Shown: piece after piece, positions 29,682 to 39,683 of the stretch | Position numbering within the stretch: the stretch's first letter is position 1 | Layout: every line of letters starts with the position of its first letter | Assembly (NCBI GenBank): GCA_037308085.1 | Contig: CP147779.1 | Location: 1,440,001-1,504,000 of the forward strand | Source of the DNA: Promethearchaeati archaeon SRVP18_Atabeyarchaeia-1 | Lineage (GTDB): Archaea > Asgardarchaeota > Atabeyarchaeia > Atabeyarchaeales > Atabeyarchaeaceae | Reading direction: 5' to 3' | DNA: 64,000 nt | Translations under genes and position numbers: made by a program | Notes under the pieces: model-generated | Database searches by the model: none | Told to the model about the DNA's origin: nothing | Seen by the model: only the letters and a program-made list of their open reading frames with translations

Positions 29682-30995
29682 TTGGACAAAACTGTGAATC
29701 AAATTAGTCTCTCCACCGATGAGCTTCCCAGGAAATGGTATAACATAATCCCTGATCTCCCTGAGCCGTTGCCCCCTCCCCTCGAGCCGAATGATGGGGT
29801 ATCCAGATTGGATCTACTGAAGCGCATCATGGTAGGGACCTGCTTAGGTCAAGAATTCTCAACCGACCGCTGGGTAGACATACCTGAAGGGATAAGAGAA
29901 CTCTACCTACAAGCGGGACGTCCGAGGCCGCTCCACAGAGCGCGTCGCCTCGAGCGATACCTGAAACTGCCTGAGGATAAGATCAGGCTCTATTACAAGA
30001 GAGAGGACCTCAGCCCAACTGGTTCACACAAAGTGAACACGGCCTTAGCCCAAGCGTACTACGCCGCGAAGGAGGGCCACGAGACGGTCTCCACAGAAAC
30101 TGGTGCGGGGCAGTGGGGGAGCGCACTATCATATGCAGCCAGCCTCGTCGGTCTGAAGTGCGTGGTGTTCTGGGTGAGATTTGCCCATGACTGGAAACCT
30201 GAAAGAAGAGTCTTAATGAATCTATACGGGGCTGATGTCTATGCTTCTCCGAGTAAAGAAACCGATTATGGAAGAAAACTGCTATCAAAGGATCCGAAAC
30301 ACCCAGGTACCTTGGGCATTGCCATAAGCGAGGGTATGGAGTGGGCCATGAATCACGAGAAAACGGTCTACTGCCTCGGCTCAGTTCTGAACCACGTTCT
30401 CATGCATCAGTCAGTAATAGGCTTGGAGGTTATGGAGCAATTCAAAAAGGTGGACGACTGGCCAGACCTCATGGTTTCATGTCTTGGTGGTGGGAGCAAC
30501 TTCGGTGGATTCGTTCTCCCAATCATCGGAGAGGTCATAAAGAAGAAGCGCGAGACTAGGTTCCTCGCAGCACAAACTGAGGCAGCCCCAAGCCTCCTTA
30601 AAGGCGAGTACAAGTATGACTTTGCTGACCCGGCGCACCACACACCACTGCTCAAAATGTATTCCCTCGGGCCTGAGGCAGAGCTCCCAACAATCTACGC
30701 TGAGGGAATCCGCTATACTGCAGCATCTCCAATACTAAGCCTACTCAGGAACAAGAAGTACATAGACGCAGTTGCCTACCCAACTGACGAGAAGCACGTC
30801 TTTGAGATGGCGAGGACATTTGTGGCGACCGAAGGATTCATTCCAGCTCCAGAATCAGCTTACGGAGTGGCGTGTGCAATAGATGAGGCACTGAAATCGA
30901 AGAGAAAGAACGAGGAAAAGTGCATCGCTTTCAATATCTCAGGCCACGGCTTCTTGGATCTACCAGCATACCAAAAGGTGCTGGGAATAAAGTGA
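29682..30995 (+). CDS. trpB2: TrpB2-type tryptophan synthase beta-like PLP enzyme
   Basis: PRKWYNI, SPTGSHKVNTA, TETGAGQWG, GGGSNFGG, PAPES, SGHG. Start probably TTG 29682. Confidence 0.9.
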   Translation: MDKTVNQISLSTDELPRKWYNIIPDLPEPLPPPLEPNDGVSRLDLLKRIMVGTCLGQEFSTDRWVDIPEGIRELYLQAGRPRPLHRARRLERYLKLPEDKIRLYYKREDLSPTGSHKVNTALAQAYYAAKEGHETVSTETGAGQWGSALSYAASLVGLKCVVFWVRFAHDWKPERRVLMNLYGADVYASPSKETDYGRKLLSKDPKHPGTLGIAISEGMEWAMNHEKTVYCLGSVLNHVLMHQSVIGLEVMEQFKKVDDWPDLMVSCLGGGSNFGGFVLPIIGEVIKKKRETRFLAAQTEAAPSLLKGEYKYDFADPAHHTPLLKMYSLGPEAELPTIYAEGIRYTAASPILSLLRNKKYIDAVAYPTDEKHVFEMARTFVATEGFIPAPESAYGVACAIDEALKSKRKNEEKCIAFNISGHGFLDLPAYQKVLGIK

Positions 30996-31049
30996 GACAA
31001 GACTGACTGCCCCTCCTTTTTCCTCTTATCAGATCTTGAGGAAACCAAA

Positions 31050-31880
31050 ATGCCTGAGCTTCCAGATTTGGAGTACCTGAGGGAGTTCCTGACATCGAAG
31101 CTAATTGGCGTGGCAGTCGAAGATCTCAAGGTAATGGGACCAATAGTGGTCAGATCTGCGGATCCTGAGAAGTTCGGCGAATCGTTGAAGGCTAGGAGAT
31201 TCGAGAGCATAAGACGACGCGGAAAATACCTGCTCTTCTCTTTTGACTCTGGAGCATTAATAGTGATTAGCCCGATGCTCTCAGGGAGACTTCATTATCG
31301 GACGATGGGAGACTTCGATGCGAAGAAGAGATTCTTCCTTTCGATTATCTTGGAGGACGGAGCTGAGATTCGGTATTCGGATGACACCGCGATGGGCAGA
31401 ATATATCTGCTCGATAACGAAGGCGCCTTGAACAGCGTGCTGAAGTTCGCTAAGCTTGGGACGGAAGCACTTGACACGGCACTCTCACTCCAGAAATTCG
31501 CTACACTTCTGAAGCACTTTGACTGGGAGGTCAAGAGGGTGCTGACCTACCAGAGCTTCATAGCTGGGATCGGCAACGCATACTCGGATGAGGTACTCTT
31601 TGACGCGAGGATCAACCCCTTCCGCAGATGCAACACTCTCTCCCAGGAAGAGAGCGCAAGGTTATACAATTCGATGAGGAAAGTGCTAACCGAGGCAATC
31701 AAAACTCTTAGGAAAAGGGTTGGCGAAAATATCGAGGTCGAGGTTAGAGATTTCATGAAGGTTCACGGTAAAGGTGGTCAGCCTTGCCCAACATGTGGAA
31801 CGAAGATATCTGAAGTGAAAGATGAAGGGCGAAAAACCAATTTCTGCCGGAACTGCCAGCCCGGATCACTCTTCAAGTAA
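31050..31880 (+). CDS. Fpg/Nei family DNA glycosylase
   Basis: N-terminal MPELP, RRGKYL, GIGNAYSDE (H2TH), C-terminal CPTC..FCRNCQ zinc finger. Confidence 0.92.
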   Translation: MPELPDLEYLREFLTSKLIGVAVEDLKVMGPIVVRSADPEKFGESLKARRFESIRRRGKYLLFSFDSGALIVISPMLSGRLHYRTMGDFDAKKRFFLSIILEDGAEIRYSDDTAMGRIYLLDNEGALNSVLKFAKLGTEALDTALSLQKFATLLKHFDWEVKRVLTYQSFIAGIGNAYSDEVLFDARINPFRRCNTLSQEESARLYNSMRKVLTEAIKTLRKRVGENIEVEVRDFMKVHGKGGQPCPTCGTKISEVKDEGRKTNFCRNCQPGSLFK

Positions 31881-31899
31881 AGAATCCAGCTTGTGAGGC

Positions 31900-34800
31900 T
31901 CACACATCTGGCAGTCGGATCTGCTTCGATTCCTTCTTTTCTCTTATCTTCTCTTTGTGGTCGTCTCGCGCTTCCTTCAATTCCTTTATCCTATCTCTTA
32001 TCTTTGCCGCCCTTTCGAATTCCAGTTTCTGTGCTGCGATTAGCATTTCCTCTTCGAGATTGGCGATTATGATATCTATCTTGTCCTTGGAGTATTGCCG
32101 GTAACCCTTTGTCTCTGTGAATGCAGTTGAGGCTTCAGCTATCTTTGCCGGGGTCTCCAGTAGCGCTCTTACTTCTTTCCGCACCGTCTGTGGAGTCACC
32201 TCATGCTCTATGTTGTACCGAAGCTGAATTTCCCTCCTTCTTTCTGTCTCCCCTATTGCTTTCTCCATCGACTTCGTGATCTCATCGGCGTACATGATCA
32301 CCTGCCCGAAAACGTTCCTTGCAGCCCTCCCCATCGTCTGTATGAGCGCCACCTCCGATCTCAGGAACGACTCCTTATCTGCATCCAGTATTGCCACGAG
32401 CGACACCTCGGGCAGATCCAAACCTTCGCGAAGGAGGTTAACCCCAACGATCACGTCGTACTCACCTATCCTGAGATCCCTCAGTATCTCTGTTCTCTTC
32501 AGCGTCTCAACCTCCGAGTGAAGGTACTGAACCTTGATCCCTAGCGGCTGAAGATATTCCGTCAGGTCTTCAGCCACCCTCTTAGTCAATGTGGTAACCA
32601 GAGTCCTCTCGTTCTTCTCCACCCTCTTCCTTATCTCCTTGAGCAGGTCATCGACCTGTCCCCTTGTAGGCCGTATAATGATCTCCGGGTCAACCAGCCC
32701 CGTTGGCCTCACAAGTTGTTCGACTACCTGTTCACTTATCTGGAGTTCATAAGGAGCTGGCGTCGCCGAAGTGTATATGACTTGGTTGATATGCTGCTCG
32801 AATTCACTGAACAAGAGAGGCCGGTGATCGTAGGCTGAGGGCAGGCGGAAACCATAATCGATGAGATTCTTCTTCCTCGACCTATCACCATAGTACATTC
32901 CCTGCAGCTGAGGGATAGTGACATGTGACTCGTCTATAACCATGAGGAAATCCTTCGGATAAAAGTCGAGCAGAGTGAAAGGCGGTTCACCAGGTCTGCG
33001 ATCGTCAAAGTATCTGTCATAGTTTTCGATGCCAGCGACGTAACCCACCTGCCTTATCATCTCCAAGTCGTACTTCGTCCTCTGCTCAAGTCGCTGGGCT
33101 TCGACAAGCTTCCCGGCCTTTCGAAGGTCTTCAACGCGTGCAAACATCTCTTGCTCGATTTCGCGGAGACTCCTCTCTTTGGTTTCCTGAGGGATGACGT
33201 AGTGGCGCGCTGGAAATATCAGGGTACCGCTCATTTCTTCCAGAGTATTGCCAGTCACGTGGTCGACCCGGATTATCCTATCCACAACTTCGTCGAGCAG
33301 TTCGATTCTGACGATGTTCTCCTCATCAGCCGTACACACCTCAATGGTGCCTCCTCTAGCTCTGAATCTCCCCCTCGCCAAGGCCGCATCATTTCGTTCG
33401 TACTGCATTTCGGCGAGTCTCCGCAGTAGCCCGTCTCTATCCACTCTCTCCCCCTTCTTGACGATTAGCGACATCGCCCTATACTCCTCTGGCGAGCCGA
33501 GCCCATATATGCAGGAGACACTAGCAACAATGATCACGTCCCTCCTTGTAAGGAGGGCTTGAGTGGCCCGATGCCTAAGCCGGTCAATCTCATCATTAAT
33601 GGACGAGTCCTTCTCGATGTACAGGTCAGGCTCAGGCAAGTATGCCTCAGGCTGATAGTAATCATAGTACGACACAAAGTACTCAACCGCGTTCCTGGGG
33701 AAGAACGCCCTGAACTCGCTGCAGAGCTGGGCAGCAAGAGTCTTGTTATGCGAGATCACCAGCGTAGGCCTCTGAACGTTCTGAATCACAGACGCCACAA
33801 CAAACGTATTATGAACAAAGATGTTGCCAAGGCCGGCAATGAAATTTTGGTTTCCCACTACGCCAATGTCATATAAATATCCGTTTGTTGGCTTGACCTT
33901 CCTCATCTTTACTATTCTGCGCAGGTTGAATTTCAGTAGATTGCTGAGCCTCCGCCGATCATTGGTAAGTTCTATTATACTTTTGAAGAGTCTCTTTGAG
34001 GGTAGTCGCTTGTGGTGCTCGATCATTGACACGTGACTTCTATTACAGCCTATCTGTTCTGCAAACTTCCTCTGCGATAGGTTAAGCTGTGATCTAAGAT
34101 CCTTCACGAACTGTGAGCAACCTGGAAAAAGGTCAACATTTGTGTTGGTCTTTTCCGCAATTGTTTCCTTCAGTGCGTGATTCTTGTACGGCAGAGAAAA
34201 CGATATACCGTTCTTGAATTTCAGCAGATTATCCCGACCAGAGATCGCCAGTTCAAAGTATTCTTTCGGGATGATATTACCTTTAGCGTCTCGATATCTT
34301 ATCTTCTTACTCCTGATCCTCGGGATTATGCCAAATCTCAATAGTAGGTTTCTGATGTCGAAGACCAATTCCTGTGACGCGGATAAGTAGCAGACTTCAT
34401 TGGCGTTGACATATCCATCACCATCGAAGAGTGCTCTGAGGAAGACAGAGGTTTGATCTGGTCGCAAGTTGTAAAAAAGGTCAGTCATCCGTTTGACCTG
34501 TGCGTACTTGCCTAGACTTTTGAAGAAGTTCGACAAGATTGAGGAATTAAAGCGCATATCCTTGTAGTTGGCTCGAGTGCAACTGATCTTCAGAGATCTA
34601 GCAAAGCTTTCACAAGCTTTGTGGAGATTCTTCTTGGAGGTTGAGATTAGAACCGTATTTTTCGCGTAGCAACCCTCAGATATGTATAACCCGCAAAAGG
34701 TTAGAAAACTGTAATCTACAGGTATCATGGGTTTGACGAAGTCTTCGCCTTTCGTAATCAATCTAATTTCTCTGTAGACTTCTGAGAAGCTCAGTCCCGT

Positions 34801-35532
34801 CACCGATAGGAGCCTCTCCATCTGACCTACGGTGATTCCGCGCATCTTGGTTTCATTTATGATCTGGTCGTACTTCCATTTCGGGGCAGAAAAATCATGT
34901 TTGAGAAGCTCCTTGATCCTTTGGCTCAGCTCTGGATGATTACGTATTAGGTCACTTACGTTCACTTTCACGTGCGGATTGTAGTCAAGGAGATTCAAAT
35001 GCGATACAAATTTCTCCGGGAACGGGATCGAATTTGCGGTGAGTGTATAGTCACCCACTTGCAGTGATCCTGTATCACATAGTTCCAGCCTGCAGTCTGC
35101 TAAACGAAAGCAATTATGATCCTTGCTCACTCTTATCTTGGATCCATCATCAAGAACGATCTCGGTCAACTCGGATCCTTTATGCCTCGACACTTGAATT
35201 ATTTCTTTTTCCTCAACTTCATATGTCTCTGGGTTGAAGGAAATGATTCTTGAACCTCTCGTCTCTTGAAAAGAAGTTCCATCTGATTCTCTCGATGCAG
35301 TCAACTTCAGATCCACAAACTCACCAATTCTCACCTTTCTTACGTAGCCATCTTCATCAGTGATAAGCATGAATTCATCATGATCCACACTTTTGCCGGA
35401 GCCCGTGACGCCCAGGAGTGTCTGGTGTTTCAGCCCCTTCCTAACTCCTTCCGTCAACATGGCAATTGCCTTTGGCTGGTCACCGCGTGGGATGAAGTCT
35501 GTTACCAGCTTGAACTTCCCGTCGCTAATCAT
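31900..35532 (-). CDS. uvrB: Excinuclease ABC subunit B with intein
   Basis: GDQP, GVTGSGK/T, HNKTLAAQL, YYDYYQPEAY, DESH, NLLREGLD, GRAAR, C-terminal UVR coiled coil. Start probably ATG 35532. Confidence 0.95.
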   Translation of the reverse strand: MISDGKFKLVTDFIPRGDQPKAIAMLTEGVRKGLKHQTLLGVTGSGKSVDHDEFMLITDEDGYVRKVRIGEFVDLKLTASRESDGTSFQETRGSRIISFNPETYEVEEKEIIQVSRHKGSELTEIVLDDGSKIRVSKDHNCFRLADCRLELCDTGSLQVGDYTLTANSIPFPEKFVSHLNLLDYNPHVKVNVSDLIRNHPELSQRIKELLKHDFSAPKWKYDQIINETKMRGITVGQMERLLSVTGLSFSEVYREIRLITKGEDFVKPMIPVDYSFLTFCGLYISEGCYAKNTVLISTSKKNLHKACESFARSLKISCTRANYKDMRFNSSILSNFFKSLGKYAQVKRMTDLFYNLRPDQTSVFLRALFDGDGYVNANEVCYLSASQELVFDIRNLLLRFGIIPRIRSKKIRYRDAKGNIIPKEYFELAISGRDNLLKFKNGISFSLPYKNHALKETIAEKTNTNVDLFPGCSQFVKDLRSQLNLSQRKFAEQIGCNRSHVSMIEHHKRLPSKRLFKSIIELTNDRRRLSNLLKFNLRRIVKMRKVKPTNGYLYDIGVVGNQNFIAGLGNIFVHNTFVVASVIQNVQRPTLVISHNKTLAAQLCSEFRAFFPRNAVEYFVSYYDYYQPEAYLPEPDLYIEKDSSINDEIDRLRHRATQALLTRRDVIIVASVSCIYGLGSPEEYRAMSLIVKKGERVDRDGLLRRLAEMQYERNDAALARGRFRARGGTIEVCTADEENIVRIELLDEVVDRIIRVDHVTGNTLEEMSGTLIFPARHYVIPQETKERSLREIEQEMFARVEDLRKAGKLVEAQRLEQRTKYDLEMIRQVGYVAGIENYDRYFDDRRPGEPPFTLLDFYPKDFLMVIDESHVTIPQLQGMYYGDRSRKKNLIDYGFRLPSAYDHRPLLFSEFEQHINQVIYTSATPAPYELQISEQVVEQLVRPTGLVDPEIIIRPTRGQVDDLLKEIRKRVEKNERTLVTTLTKRVAEDLTEYLQPLGIKVQYLHSEVETLKRTEILRDLRIGEYDVIVGVNLLREGLDLPEVSLVAILDADKESFLRSEVALIQTMGRAARNVFGQVIMYADEITKSMEKAIGETERRREIQLRYNIEHEVTPQTVRKEVRALLETPAKIAEASTAFTETKGYRQYSKDKIDIIIANLEEEMLIAAQKLEFERAAKIRDRIKELKEARDDHKEKIREKKESKQIRLPDV
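33808..35391 (-). mobile_element. Intein (528 aa) with LAGLIDADG endonuclease and HTH insert, in the UvrB Walker A
   Basis: GSGK|SVDHDE ... FVHN|TF. Block B SKDH, endonuclease motifs GLYISEG and FLRALFDGDG, HTH-like LSQRKFAEQIGCNRSHVSMIE, block F YDIGV. Confidence 0.92.
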
Positions 35533-35902
35533 GGCTGAACGAGACCTCTCTGCTAGAAGATGGTTATGATCCGATAGAAGCTGGGAACGCCAGTGAATCT
35601 CTGGATATGACGACATTAAGCAAACAATGGCTTAAAACACTTCCATATGAGACAGAAATCTGTTCATGAACCGAGGCTCGGGTTTTCCTGATGTGTGCGA
35701 AACCCATCTTCTTCAATTGGATAGACACATAGGCCCGGCCATTGTCAGATTCATCGTCATTTAGGACATGCCCCAGTTGACCATTGTCAGGTGCTATTGA
35801 CCGAAAACCCATTAGGAACGACGTCAATCGTGGACAAAACCGTAAATAGCGGATCGACGCGTGTACTTTTCTTATCTCCTGGTTGGAGGTGCGCGTTCTG
35901 CC

Positions 35903-36976
35903 ATGGTGACCATTAGGGAAGAACTAATGGGGCTAGCTGCGAGAATAGCTTCCAGCGCTGAAGAGGAGTACGATGGACACTGGTGTTTATTCGCTGGCTT
36001 CGCATTCGTGTTGAATGGTGTTGAAAAGAAGACTTACGATATCGATTTGCTGACTAAGGATGTAGGTGCTTACAGGTACCTCACCGGCTTGCTCCAGAAA
36101 CTGGGACTCAGACTTATGACCGCGACGGAAGGTTACTCATCTTTCAGGGCTGCCGTGACAGACCGGGAACACTCACAACAGCTGACCCTGGATCTCCTAA
36201 GCATAGACAGCGAATGGTTGAAACCCCTGAAGAACATGTGGAGCAAACTGGAGAAGATACGTGTCGGAGAAATCCCCATTCCTGTTGCACATCCGATTCA
36301 CTTGATCCTGCTCAAGATGTTGGTTAACTCTCGCCGCCAATCCGGGGATAGAAAAAAGGAACAAGACTTGGTAGATGTCAAGCGGATTATGGCAATACGT
36401 TCTATCACAACCCCGCAGGTGATGAAGGAGGCATCAATACAGGACATGGAAGACACAGCAACCAAGTTCTTAGAGAGATTGGACGGATTATCGTGTAGCG
36501 GCAGTAATGAAGAGGCAGCTGGACGAATAACCTTGAGGAGGATGACTGAAGCAGACACCGACACTGCCATAGAACTCGCAATGCTGGCAAACCCACTTGC
36601 TGCTAAGGAGAGATATGGGAAGTTCATTATCTCTCAAATGTCGGAGTTCCCGGAGCTCACATTCGTTGCAGCAACTGATGGGGGCAGACGCGTTGTTGGA
36701 TATGTCACATCCGATACTAGCGGTGATGAAGCCTGTATTGAAGACATTGCGGTGGCACCACCATGGCAAAGAAAAGGAGTCGGAAAAATGCTCCTAACAG
36801 AGTCAATCAGACTGCTGAGGGAGAGAAAGACGCGGCTCGTTAAAGTCGAAGTCCACTACAAGTGCTCCTCGGCGATTCCCTTCTACTATGCTTTCGGCTT
36901 CAGGTTTGCTAGCTGTACACGTGACAGGTTCGGGAAGGGAGAAGATGCTATGACTCTAACAAGAGAGCTCTCGTAG
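35903..36976 (+). CDS. Nucleotidyltransferase-GNAT acetyltransferase fusion
   Basis: N-terminal AGFA..TYDIDL..LK..KEQD..D. C-terminal IAVAPPWQRKGVG and AIPFYYAFGF. Start probably ATG 35903. Confidence 0.8.
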   Translation: MVTIREELMGLAARIASSAEEEYDGHWCLFAGFAFVLNGVEKKTYDIDLLTKDVGAYRYLTGLLQKLGLRLMTATEGYSSFRAAVTDREHSQQLTLDLLSIDSEWLKPLKNMWSKLEKIRVGEIPIPVAHPIHLILLKMLVNSRRQSGDRKKEQDLVDVKRIMAIRSITTPQVMKEASIQDMEDTATKFLERLDGLSCSGSNEEAAGRITLRRMTEADTDTAIELAMLANPLAAKERYGKFIISQMSEFPELTFVAATDGGRRVVGYVTSDTSGDEACIEDIAVAPPWQRKGVGKMLLTESIRLLRERKTRLVKVEVHYKCSSAIPFYYAFGFRFASCTRDRFGKGEDAMTLTRELS

Positions 36977-37035
36977 TGCCTTGCCTGTTAAGGTTACGGT
37001 CTGTCGGCAAAAGCGGATCCAAGTCATAAGTGCGT

Positions 37036-37623
37036 TTAGATCGAGTACCTCATTATTGGTCGCGTCTCAGAGCGGCGCAGTACTTCGATGAATCCTACTT
37101 TGAGGAATGCGGATGACAAGCCAGTATATGCAAACGCATCGGGAGTCTTTCCTTTTCTGGGCTCCACCGGATAGCCTTCCACGATTTTGCCGCCGGAATC
37201 GCGCACATAACCGATCGCGGTCTCTAACAGCCTCAAAGTGACTCCTTTGCGCCTGAACGGCTTTGCAACGTAGAAGCAGACCACAGACCAGACAGGCTTA
37301 TCATCAACCCGTCCAAGTGTCCGCGAGTTATCTAGGACCAGATAGGTCTCTCTTGGTGCGACGGAACACCAGCCAATCGGTTCGCCTCCCGCGTAAGCGA
37401 GGATCCCAGGCACTTCCCCTGAGTCCACGATCTTCCTCAGCGCCTCCCTGTTGCCCTCCCCTTTCTGCTGGTTGAACAGTGAACGCTTTATTCTCCACCA
37501 CATGCACCAGCAGCCTCCACAAGCTCCACGACTACCGAATAGCTTCTCCAAGTCTGGCCACCGGTCTCGCGTCAGTGTCTGTACCTTGACATCTGCTAGC
37601 TCCGCTTTACTCATTGAAACCAC
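37036..37623 (-). CDS. GNAT family acetyltransferase
   Basis: CWCMWWR, GWCSVAPR, CFYV...RRKGV, VEGYP. Confidence 0.85.
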   Translation of the reverse strand: MVSMSKAELADVKVQTLTRDRWPDLEKLFGSRGACGGCWCMWWRIKRSLFNQQKGEGNREALRKIVDSGEVPGILAYAGGEPIGWCSVAPRETYLVLDNSRTLGRVDDKPVWSVVCFYVAKPFRRKGVTLRLLETAIGYVRDSGGKIVEGYPVEPRKGKTPDAFAYTGLSSAFLKVGFIEVLRRSETRPIMRYSI

Positions 37624-37812
37624 TTCTTATTGCGCGGTCAGGCGCCCCACACAAATGCGAATGACATAACTTGAGTCACCCGGTCCTGCACGAGATGATC
37701 ATCGACGAAATCCTTTTGTTTGACGCACAGAGTATATTCCAAGATTCTTAAGATTGCATCCAGTAAGTGCCTCAGATAAACGGATCCTTGTTTCTTCATT
37801 GATGAATTACTT

Positions 37813-38415
37813 CTATTTCACTCTTGGAGAAGGTGATTGTTTCGCTTCCTGCCGCGTTCGGCGCCAAGAAGACAGATTATTTATCCGTTTTCTCATTCTC
37901 TTGTCCATCTTGCTCAGCTGCGCCGATACGCCTAGCTTCCTAGCAGTACTCCTTAGACCATTAACGTCGATGTGTTGGAATTGCCTGGCGTATATGCCTT
38001 CAGCATCCCGTGTGTCCTGCTCACTCCCCGAGAAAAGCTTGTTAGCGATCATGTCTTCAGGAGATGCCAGATAAATCTCAGTCTTTCCGATGAGGATCTT
38101 CTTCTTTGTGCGCAGGGTTTCAAGCTCTCTCGGTCCATATGCTCCCTTTGCGTCGATACGGAGAAGCGACTTTTCATCGTGTGTGGTGAAGTGTGACTTC
38201 TCTTTGAGAGCCATCATAATGTCGTTCTCTGTCAGTGAGAAATCCCGTTTCCTTAGTGCTCCAGCTAGAACCGGTACATCTTCATCTTTAATATTCATAA
38301 CGACATCGATGCCTAGTGTTGTCCTCACATTTCCCCAACTCGTCGCTGCGATCCCACCAACGATCGCGTAGTCTATTCCGAGCTGGTCTAGGGTCTCTGC
38401 AAGTTCCTTAACCAC
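37813..38415 (-). CDS. Nucleotidyltransferase (DUF6036/AbiEii-like), putative toxin
   Basis: YAIVGGIA..WG..RTT.GID, SPEDMIANKL..G.EQD..D. Confidence 0.8.
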   Translation of the reverse strand: MVKELAETLDQLGIDYAIVGGIAATSWGNVRTTLGIDVVMNIKDEDVPVLAGALRKRDFSLTENDIMMALKEKSHFTTHDEKSLLRIDAKGAYGPRELETLRTKKKILIGKTEIYLASPEDMIANKLFSGSEQDTRDAEGIYARQFQHIDVNGLRSTARKLGVSAQLSKMDKRMRKRINNLSSWRRTRQEAKQSPSPRVK

Positions 38416-38419
38416 GTCT

Positions 38420-38605
38420 TCAATGCTTCTTCTCTTCTGCGCTATTTTCAGTCACCTTGTTCATCTTGATTGCAAAGTCGGTCAATTCAGATACGATCCT
38501 CAGAGTTTCCGCTGGACCTATTGTACGGAGCATTATGGCCTCCTTCAACAACTCATGCTCCTTGTCGTGGGCCGATTTCAAGCGCGATACTCGAGGTCGC
38601 CTCAA
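38420..38605 (-). CDS. Small protein, putative antitoxin partner
   Basis: 61 aa, stop 4 nt before the NTase start, predicted helical (PAETLRIVSELTDF). Confidence 0.55.
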   Translation of the reverse strand: MRRPRVSRLKSAHDKEHELLKEAIMLRTIGPAETLRIVSELTDFAIKMNKVTENSAEEKKH

Positions 38606-38765
38606 CAGTCAGTATCTCCTCCACACGGCAGGACTATCGATCTGTCTCCATTATTATCTTTATGCAGGCCTGACCTTGGAACAAATATGCATCAACACCT
38701 GGCGTCCACAAAGCTCAAGAACAGAGAAATGCTGGAATGGGTCTTCCAGAAAACAAACCCAGCAC

Positions 38766-39116
38766 TCACTGTAATATTCCTTCGCGGATCGCTGTTCGGT
38801 ATATGGGGTTAGCCTGCGCTTCTTCTCTCGTTGCCAGGTGGATCTCGAAGGGGTGATATAGAGGTAGCCCAGCTAATTCTTCTAGTCTCGCTTTTGCGTT
38901 TCCTCTGCTTTTCTCGCCTTTGGGTATCTCGCGGCAGACTATGAGGATATCAACATCGCTTGCTCCTGTAGCTGTTCCCTTGGCAACGCTTCCGAAGACA
39001 TAGACCTGGCATTCGCCTAAGGTTACTTTCGCGGCGCCAGCTATCTTCTTCGCCCAAGGGCGCCACTTGTAGACTAATTTGCCAACTTCAAGCTTTGCCT
39101 TTAAGATTTTTAACAA
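38766..39116 (-). CDS. Minimal nucleotidyltransferase (MNT)
   Basis: VYVFGSVAKG....SDVDIL, PFEIH. Confidence 0.9.
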   Translation of the reverse strand: MLKILKAKLEVGKLVYKWRPWAKKIAGAAKVTLGECQVYVFGSVAKGTATGASDVDILIVCREIPKGEKSRGNAKARLEELAGLPLYHPFEIHLATREEAQANPIYRTAIREGILQ

Positions 39117-39486
39117 AGTCTATTGCCTCCTGGGCGAAGTCTACAAGTTCTCTTGTCTCCTCTTTCTCATACTCTCTTGGGGTGTAGCGTGAATTTATGT
39201 AAGTATCCTCAAGTCTGATGAGCAGACTTCTGTTCCTAGCCACGAATTGGTCAATTTGGCTGGGTTTGTCGACTGTGGTTTTGAGCGAGTTCAATAGTTG
39301 CCTCAGTGCGTGGATGCGTGGGATCTCTCCTGCGTACTCTAGGAGGATAGATTTCGCATATAGCTGGATGGATTGTTCTGCCATGAAGGCGGCAATATCG
39401 TAGTCTCCTTTAGCTAGGCTGTCCCTAGCTGAGCTGAGCATTCTCAGCGACCTATCCTTGAGCAGGTCGACTTCACTGCGACTCAC
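39088..39486 (-). CDS. HEPN domain protein
   Basis: AAF.AEQS.QL..K, PRIHAL, Y.NSRY. Overlaps the MNT gene. Confidence 0.9.
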   Translation of the reverse strand: MSRSEVDLLKDRSLRMLSSARDSLAKGDYDIAAFMAEQSIQLYAKSILLEYAGEIPRIHALRQLLNSLKTTVDKPSQIDQFVARNRSLLIRLEDTYINSRYTPREYEKEETRELVDFAQEAIDFVKNLKGKA

Positions 39487-39683
39487 ATAAACACCATACT
39501 AGACTGGGTCTCGCATAGCTGAAATACTTATCGCTGGCCCGGCCCGTCACAAGGAGATTGCCATCGAATTTATTCTCGAAGTTGCCTTGGTATTTGCTTC
39601 GCGTGACATTCAGGTCTCTTTTAGAAAACCAAATAACCTTGAGTCACTCTAAGAAGGTGCAAGGTGTTTGGAAGTGATCTGTT

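Noticed and set aside
35679-35705. Hammerhead-like CTGATG...GAAAC
   Set aside because: The core is CTGATGT rather than CTGANGA, and stems I and II cannot be formed.
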